From positions 77,314,001 to 77,378,000 of the forward strand of contig NC_042999.1 of NCBI RefSeq assembly GCF_006345805.1: DNA of 64,000 nucleotides. The letters are read 5' to 3'. The position numbers and the translations under genes are program-made. The stretch is from Octopus sinensis. Taxonomy: Eukaryota. Positions 50,601 to 59,600 of this stretch are shown piece by piece (positions within the stretch are counted from its first letter, which is position 1; each line of letters starts with the position of its first letter). The notes beneath the pieces are model-generated. The model was given only the letters and a program-made list of their open reading frames with translations. It was not told the origin of the DNA and did no database searches.

Positions 50601-53600
50601 ACCCCATGCCAGCATGGACAATAGTCGTTAAATAATAATGATCAGTTGTTGTTTTTGTCTGTTTGAACTGCTGTATTTCCTGTTGAATTTTCTTATTTCA
50701 GAAATTCTCAGACATTCAAGACAGTGGAAGAACGAGTGGAGAATGCTTACACTAATGTAAAGGTGAGTCCTACTTGCTAGTTAGCACTTTCTGATTTTTT
50801 TTTCTTTTTAGTCTGAATTAGGTTAAACTTTATTTAAAACAAAGGAAATAAAGAAAATATATTAAACAAAAATACCAAAAATATACAGATGAATTTTTAT
50901 TATTTACATTAAAACTTTCACAAATCTACAGCTAGAGGCAGCACCTACATTTTCTACATATTACTGTTTCATCTGTAATGGTGATTACATACATATAAAT
51001 GATAACTCTTTTCATGATAACTCTTTCTCTTTTTTCTAATCTCACACTCCTTTTCATGTGGTTTATATACATAAGGTTAAAGAATTTTATTTAAGAAAGA
51101 AAGATTAGAACTCATCCTTTTTCAGTTTGGTTTAACCTCACATCTTTTTCAACATTCAAACAGAGGACATAATTAGACTGAAGTGATTTGGTTGTTTATG
51201 GACATTTGGGTGCTGCCTGCTATTCTTGACTTGGTCAACTTTAACCCTTTAGCATTCAGATTAGGTAAGGTAATCGAGGTAGTCAGAATAAGTGACAGAG
51301 TAATTAAAATTAGATTAGTTCTTCACCATAGGACAGCTACCATCATCTCGGCATATGCCCCTCAACCAGGGCTACCGGAAGGACAAAAAGACCAATTCTA
51401 TGACACCCTATTGCGGACTACCTCATTGACAAATGACAGTGACCTTCTCTTCGTGGCAGGTGATTTCAATGGACATGTTGGACGACATGTCAGGGGCTTC
51501 CATGGCATCCATGGAGGCCACGGTTTTGGCTCTCGAAATGAGGAGGGAACCAGGCTGCTGGAGTTCTGCGATGCAAATGACCTTATGGTCTGCAATACCC
51601 ACTTCAGGAAACCCACCTCTCACCTAGTCACCTACCGTTCTGGCAGACACACCAGCCAGATTGACTACATCCTTGCCAGAAAAAGGGAAAGAGGGCTGAT
51701 TATAAATGCCAAAACCTTCCCAGGCGAAGAATGTACTCCCCAACATAGATTAGTAGTTAGCGACTTCAGGATCAGAGCTAAATGGTCGCCCAGAAGAAGA
51801 CCAGCTTGGAGGAGAAGGGTCTGGAAGCTTAAAGATCCTGCAAATGCACAGAGATTTAGAGACATACTACTCGAAGCCTCTGACGAAATAGAAGGGGATA
51901 TAGCTTCACTTAATGTGGAAGACAACTGGAGATTCCTACGGGACAATCTGCTGACAGCCACTGACCAGATCTGTGGATGGAGCAAAGTACCATCTCGACC
52001 CAGAGTAACATGGTGGTGGAACACGGTGGTTGACGGGGCTATTAGACAAAAGAGACAGGCTTGGAAGGACTGGAAGAACGGTGGTAGCAGGGAATTGTAT
52101 CAGACAGCCAAAAGGGAAGCTAGGAGACAGGTTTATATAGCCAGAGGGGAAGCGGATAAGAAAAAATTTGCCAATGTTCTGAGCCGTGAGGATGAAAGAC
52201 TTGAGGTATTTCGTGTTGCAAGACAGTGTGTGAGAGAGAATCGTGATGTGGTAGGAGAGAAGTGTGTTCGCATGGATGATGGTTCACTTGCGCTAAATGA
52301 GGATGCAAAGAGAGAGGTTTGGAGATGCCACTATGAAAGTTTGCTGAATAAAGAAAATGAATGGGATAAAGAGAGTCTGCCAAATGTTGACCCAACAGAG
52401 GGACCAGCTATCCGAGTTGATAGTTCCGTAGTAGCTAAGGCAGTTAGGAGCATGAAGACAGGGAAAGCCCCAGGCCCATCAGGAATTACTGCAGAGATGC
52501 TCAAAATATCTGGCAGTGTCGGCTATAACCTAGTCACCCGTATAGTCAACCAGGTGATACACGAAGGAGTCATACCCAATGACTGGTGTAGCAGCATACT
52601 AGTCAACTGCTACAAAGGTAAAGGTGATGCCCTGGATACAAATAATTACAGAGGTATCAAGCTGTTGGATCAGGTAATGAAGGTTACGGAGAGGGTCTTA
52701 GCCCAACTAATTAGAGAGAGAGTTAGTTTAGATGAGATGCAGTTTGGGTTTGTCCCAGGGAAAAGCACCACTGATGCTATATTCCTGGTAAGGCAGCTGC
52801 AGGAGAAATACCTAGCCAAGGATAAGCCCCTGTACCTGGCTTTTGTTGACATGGAGAAAGCCTTTGATAGGGTCCCCCGATCCCTCATCTGGTGGTCAAT
52901 GAGGAAACTAGGGATAGATGAATGGCTGGTGAGGGCTGTGCAAGCCATGTACAGAGATGCCGTAAGTAAGGTTAGAGTTGGCAACATGTACACAGAAGAA
53001 TTCAAAGTAGAGGTTGGGGTCCACCAGGGTTCAGTACTCAGCCCCCTCCTATTTATCATAGTCCTCCAGGCAATAACGGAGGAATTCAAGACCGGTTGCC
53101 CCTGGGAGCTCCTCTATGCTGACGACCTCGCTCTAATCGCTGAGTCACTATCAGAACTGGAGGAGAAGTTCCAGGTGTGGAAGGAGGGTTTAGAATCGAG
53201 GGGCCTTAGAGTCAACCTAGCTAAAACCAAAGTACTAATAAGTAGAAAGGTAGAAAACCCACAAATATCATCAGGAAGATGGCCCTGTTCGATCTGTAGA
53301 AAAGGTGTAGGTAGAAACTCTATAAGATGTACCCAGTGTAAGCTATGGACACATAAGAGGTGCAGCAATGTCAAAGGTAGGCTAACTGGGAAGATAGTTT
53401 TTGTATGTGGCAGGGCTCTGGAGCACTGACCTCCGAAAATCTGCAGAAAACAACTTCTGTCACTTTCGGGGGGAAAAACTAGAAGTAGTTGATAGTTTCC
53501 GCTATCTAGGTGACCAAGTCAGTAGTGGGGGTGGGTGCGCTGAAAGTGTAACTGCTAGAATAAGAATAGCCTGGGCAAAGTTTAGGGAGCTCTTACCTCT

Positions 53601-56600
53601 GCTGGTGACAAAAGGCCTCTCGCTCAGAGTAAAAGGCAGACTGTATGATGCATGTGTACGAACAGCTATGCTACATGGCAGTGAAACATGGGCCGTGACT
53701 GCTGAGGACATGCGTAAGCTCGTGAGGAACGATGCCAGTATGCTCCGATGGATGTGTAATGTCAGTGTACTTACTCGACAGAGCGTTAGTACCTTGAGAG
53801 AAATGTTGTACCTAAGAAGCATCAGTTGTTGTGTGCAAGAGAGACGATTGCGCTGGTATGGTCATGTGGCGAGAATGGATGAAGAGAGGTGTGTGAGAAA
53901 GTGCCAATCCCTAGCAGTTGAGGGAACCCGTGGAAGAGGTAGACCCAGGAAAACCTGGGACGAGGTGGTGAAGCACGACCTTCGGACGTTAGGTCTCACC
54001 ATGGAAATGACTAGAGACCGAGACCTATGGAAGTATGCTGTGCGTGAGAAGACCCGGCAAGACTAGTGAAGCCATAATCCGTGGCCCCTACCTGGGACGT
54101 AGTCAGTCCACCTGTGCATACCTTCCTTCTTGTGACACTTGTGAAGACCTGTTGAGGCAAGTGAGAATCGAATCGAATCGTATCAAATCAAATCGAACCA
54201 AATCAAAATAGATGAACATCAATGGAATTTGTATCCTTGTGGCACATAAGAAAACCATCCGAACGTGACCGTAGCCAGTACCGCAATGACTGGCCTCCGT
54301 GCTGAGGGCACGTAACAAACACCATCCGAGCGTGGCCGTCCGCCAGCCTCGTCTAGCACCTGTGTCGGTGACACATAAGAAAACACCATCCGAGCGTGGC
54401 CGTCTGCCAGCCTTGTCTGGCACCTGTGTCGGTGGCACATAAAAAACACCATCCGAGCGTGGCCGTCTGCCAGCCTCGTCTGGCACCTGTGTCGGTGGCA
54501 CATAAAAAAAAACACCATCCGAGCGTGGCCGTCTGCCAGCCTCGTCTGGCACCTGTGTCGGTGGCACATAAAATCACCCACTACACTCTCGGAGTGGTTG
54601 GCGTTAGGAAGGGCATCCAGCTGTAGAAACACTGCCACATCTGACTGGCCTGGTGCAGCCTTCGGGCTTCCCAGACCCCAGTTGAACCGTCCAACCCATG
54701 CTAGCATGGAAAGCGGACGTTAAACGATGATGATGATGATGATGATGATTACTCTTTCAAATGTAATACTTATTTCACTTTATTTTGATATAAACAGTCA
54801 CATCATCGAAGTCTCAAAGTCTTGAGAATTATCTCATGACTTTGAGACTTCGATGATGTGACTGTTTATTTTTGAAATGACATTGTAGGATAGGTGTGAG
54901 AGGCTTGATCTGGCCAGTTTGTACATAAAACAGGTAAAATATTTGGGCCTGATGCGACCAGTTTAAATGCTAAAGGGTTAAAAATTTTTTTTTGTTTTTT
55001 GTTGTTTTTTTTTCTATTTCTATTTTCCTTGCTTGAGCTGCTTTTATTTGTTCAATGAAATTGCTTATCAAAATTAGAATTAAGCCTATTATTAGTGTAT
55101 TTGTAAGTTTGTTTACTCTGTCCTGAAATTTTACTAACCATGCATATTCTGTTTAGACTTCAAAGTCAATTGAGAATTTAAAAGATAAATTGGTGAGTTC
55201 CAGCTGTTTGTAAAGTTGCTGTTGTTGTTGTGCTGTAGTAGTAACTGTTTAGATGTCACCAAACAGTATTTTGTCACTTCATACTGTTTTAGTTATTATA
55301 TAATGCATGTTACTTTGCTTTGATTGTTGTAAATTTGAATTCTATGAATTCTATATTATTTCATCAGTGTTGGAGAGATAAAAGGTTAAGTAGACATATA
55401 CAGAAGTTGAAATGTAGATTAATGAGCTCAAGATTAGATTTTTTTAACTTACAAATATCAATTCCACTTTTCTGATTCTGATAATGAGGTGATTTGTGAG
55501 TCACTAATGAGATATATCATCTGAATGCGTAATGATTTGATCATGCTTTGTGATTTCTTATGTAAATATAAGGCTTCAGGTTATTAAGCAAAAAGGGTGG
55601 AGTTTTGTGCTGTTGATGTCCTTCATTAAGAATGTATGTGAAGTGAAAACCAATTAAAACTGAGTAGACTTGGCTTTTACTAGGTTTTGAGATATACATT
55701 TCTTGGGGTTAAAAAAACTAAAAAGATAGTGATATTGTAATAAGATTTAACAAATTTAGTTGTTAAAACAGCATTCATTCAATGTAATTCAATGATCTGT
55801 AAATAAAGTGTTCAGACTTGTCAATAAGGAGTTTAAATTACTGACTGGACAATCTGTTGGTTTCTTCACTGTAAACTTATGAGTCTATCTCCTTTTCAAT
55901 TGTATTGTGCTGTGCCTGTTCAGTAGTTGAAAAGTTAAAAAAACAGGGTAATAATAACTTGGTTGGTATTAGAGTGCTAAACTAAACAAAAAGTGACTAG
56001 ATGTTTGCTGATACTCCTATAATCAAACTCTTTCACACATTAACAAAATAATCAACATTGACTTCCTTATGAAGGAATATTAAAATAAAAGCCAACATGA
56101 TCTTTTCCTACTGAAAAATAGTTTTAATCATGGTACAAATAATTGTTTCTGCACAGTCACCTAACTACTGAACTGTCTTAAACACATTTTCATCTATTCT
56201 TTACTCTTGCCTATACTATGTTTAACTTTTCTTCTCATCCAGTGCAGTATCTTGCACTTACTTCTCATGTTCATTCTAGTTATTTCTCTTGTTTCTTTAC
56301 ATATTCTTTACTTCTCCCTGTAATATCTACACTTTTGTGTTTTATTGCGTTCTCAGTTTCAGTGCCCTACTTTCTTCACTCTTAGTTACACTTATTTTCT
56401 TCTTTTCGTGGCTGTATAGTGTGAAGTTTTCTTCCTAACCACATAGTTCCAGGTTCAGTCCCACTGTGTGGCACCTTTGGCAAGAGTCTTCTATAGCCTT
56501 GGGCCTACCGAAGCCTTGTGAGTGGATTTGGTAGATGGAAACTGAGAGAAGCCCATTGGGTGTGTTTTATGCCTGTGTTTGTTCTTTACCACTGCTCGAC

Positions 56601-59600
56601 AACCAGTGCTGGGGTGTTTGTGGCCCCATAACTTTGGCAAAGGAAGTTAATAGAATAAGTACCAGGATTAAAAAGATGAAAATAAGTACTAGGGTCAATT
56701 CATTCCGCTAAATATTATTCAAGGCAGTGCCCCAGCATGGCTACAGTCTTATGACTAAACCAAGTAAAAAAAAAAAAAGATGAAAGAAATAACCTCTTAA
56801 ACTTTGCTAAAGGCAACCTCTCAAGTAAAGCAGGTTATCCAAACTATAATCAGTACAGTGCAGTGTGCAAAGAAGTCTGGAAGATAATCTATCTGATGCA
56901 ACATAGAAATATTTATCCTGTTCCATCACAAATACTGGTTCTAGGTGCTAAATATAAGAACACTGCCAAACAGTATAATTTCTACAGAGAACCATTTATT
57001 GCATTTTATTTTGATAGTGTATGCATGGTGTTTAAAGAGTTTTGTCAAACAGTCATAAATTGTGATTTGTGAAGTCAGCATGATGTGTAATTTGTCCAGG
57101 TTGAACTGAGACATACAACTTTGTATCCTACTTGCTAACACAAAAAAATAACTGTAGATGATAACAATATATTATTCATTACTTGGTTACATAATACTAC
57201 TCACCTCCTTTACTTCAATATCTATTCACTTATTTGTTTTTACCTCAGTAAGTAAATATATAAGCTAATAGCATATTCTGCTATTGTAGAGTGCTAAATA
57301 AAATAGCGTTTGCCATATTATCTCAATTAAAAATATATAAACAAGCAATCAGTTAAGGAGCTTTGCTTATTACCTCTGTGCCATTTACTCAAATCCTTAG
57401 AATCTTCCTTCTGTGATACATGCCACATCACATGACTCAGCCACATATGGTTAGAATAATTATATTCCTATTAATTTTTATTATCCATACTGTCACAAAA
57501 AATATTTTTGATTTTGAGAAAAAGAAAACTTGGCATTACATGTTAAATATATTGTTGAATACCAGATACAAGTTAGTTTTAAGCCAATTTGTAAATTTTA
57601 CAAATTAGAATTTTGCAATTACTTGAGTAATAAGTGAAATTTTACAATTTCTTTTTTTGTAGTTCAAAAAATTTATAATGGTCCTTTGCTCTTGAAATAA
57701 AATTATATTATTTATCACAAGTTGCTTGACCTTTCATAATCAGAGCTATTTATTAACAGGTATTAGTCTTCTCTTAACTGGGAATGAAAAAATATCAGCC
57801 TTAGATTTAAAAGTTTATTTTGTGGCGAGACATTTGAAAAATTTACTTGGTGATACTTTTTTTAACTTATATGGTCCTTTGTGTTGATAAATATTTGGTT
57901 GAAACAAAGTTAAATTGTTTAATGTAAAGAGTTATGATACTGAAATATAATGCATAGACTGAGCAAAGAATATATAAAACAAAAGTAGTATAAATAAAGA
58001 GTAGTACTAAAAAATAACAGACCAGAAAAACCTAAAGTATTATAACTTAAAGGAGGTGCATAGCTTAGTGATTAGGGTGTTGGACTCCTGATTGTAAGAC
58101 TGTGGTTTCAATTCCTAGAATGAACAATGCATTATGTTCTTGTACAAAACCTTTTATTTCACATTGCTCCAGTCCTCTAAGCTGATGAAAATGAGTAATC
58201 CTGCAATGGACTGGTGTCCCTCAGGAAACTGGCCTTGTGCTCCTTACAGCGTAATATGGACTAACCATAACCATTATAACTTAGATAGTGTTAATTTTAA
58301 TTGAATATCTTTTGTCAATCATGAATTTTATACCTGTGAGGTGTAGGCAAAAATCTTATTGGCAGCTTGAGATACTTTCAGTTTTATGAGTTCTGCTGTC
58401 TTATTTTTTTAATGTAATTCTAGGTTTATGAGCTGGAGGATTGGGATAAAAATAAATTTAATATAAAGAAATCAAGAAGTTAGGGAAGAATCAATAGTAA
58501 CATTTTTAGAGCAGTTCAACAACTACATACCAGAACATATGAGTTACACAAAGCTTATTGCAGCCCTGCTCTAGTTAATCAATATACCTCAGATAGAGGT
58601 GTTGAAGGTGATGCTTAGCAATTTTGTCTTTTATGAGTTGTGCATTTATGTTATTGAGTATGTCTAACATTGGTGTTACTAAGAGAAGGAATAGTGTATT
58701 TGACAGATATTACATTTAAGTTATGTAAGTGGTTAATAAAAGACTTTTAGTTGTGTATGTGAATGGAGATGGTGTTAACTCTGATGTCATCTGTATATGA
58801 AAGGTTATGTGGGATGGGGAGGGGCATGTAAGAAGGTTGTGTAGGTATGAGTTAAAAAGTGGAAGTGAGAATAGATATTTGTATTCCATTTATTACTGAT
58901 TGTACATGTGTTGTAATTTACGTAGGCTTGTCAACCTGAGAAATACTTCAACAATCAGTGTTTGTGTTATTCTTTAAGGGGGTGTTAGTATTTTACATAT
59001 TACTAGATTGCTTGCCCCACAAAAATTTGAAGCTTAATTTGTCTAAACAAGCCACTCCCTACTGTCACAAAATGTAAAATCTAAAGCTTTTTTTTTGTAG
59101 CCATGGTCAATCAGTAAGAAGGCCAAAATTGCATATAGCGAGATACTTTAAACAATCTTTCTAATGTACCATCTTTTAATACAAATCAAGAAAAAAAAAA
59201 AGGTTTCATAAGGAATTTATAGAAGCAATTACTAAGATAAATGGGTTTTTTTTTTGTTATTTTGTCCTTATTTACTCAATCTATCTGTTCATTCTGCAAG
59301 ATTGTTGTAACTAATCTTTTGCCTGTTATTTCTAATAACAAGACACAAAATTCACTATTAAAATGCTTTTATGTTGTATCATTTTTGTGTGTGTGTGTGT
59401 GTTCTGTGTTTGTTTGCTTACATATTAATGCATGAAATTATGTTGTTTTATATAATTCTTTTCTACGATACTGCCATCTCTGTTCTTGTTCTACAATACT
59501 GTCATCTCTACTCTTTTGATTTACGATGCCTTGCTAGCAAAAGGGTCAGCAGTTTACATCCATCATGCTGCGCCAATATCAAAAACATTTAACTTTTTGT

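Larger units (their letters stand above)
51263..54750 (+). mobile_element. RTE-clade non-LTR retrotransposon, 5'-truncated, young, sense to the host gene
   Basis: Partial APE endonuclease ([20 protein letters not shown]), RT ([20 protein letters not shown] at 53115-53126), C-terminal domain with stop at 54064-54066, ~680-nt 3' UTR and (GAT)n tail at 54726-54749. Confidence 0.96.
51241..54981. mobile_element. TTAA-ended (piggyBac-like) MITE split by the RTE LINE (51241-51262 plus 54751-54981)
   Basis: ttaaccctttagcatt at 51241 and its exact reverse complement aatgctaaagggttaa at 54966-54981. Confidence 0.9.

Noticed and set aside
49495-50701. Exon for the vertebrate D52 RHSISMP / 14-3-3-binding insert
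   Set aside because: No such coding sequence with splice signals was found in this intron.
51183-51262. Apparent N-terminus MIWLFMD... of the 748-aa ORF
   Set aside because: Intronic and MITE sequence that happens to be in frame. The LINE begins at 51263 and lacks the first APE motifs.
51398-53822. Several minus-strand ORFs (72-139 aa)
   Set aside because: Antisense shadows of the RTE coding sequence.
54320-54572. CRISPR-like array
   Set aside because: The units are contiguous tandem copies with no unique spacers, inside a LINE 3' UTR of an animal genome.
54103-54707. Repetitive minus-strand ORFs of 154 and 162 aa
   Set aside because: By-products of the GC-rich tandem array, with no start or splice context.
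59461-59509. 21-nt unit repeated with a 28-nt period
   Set aside because: An ordinary short decayed tandem duplication with no further structure.
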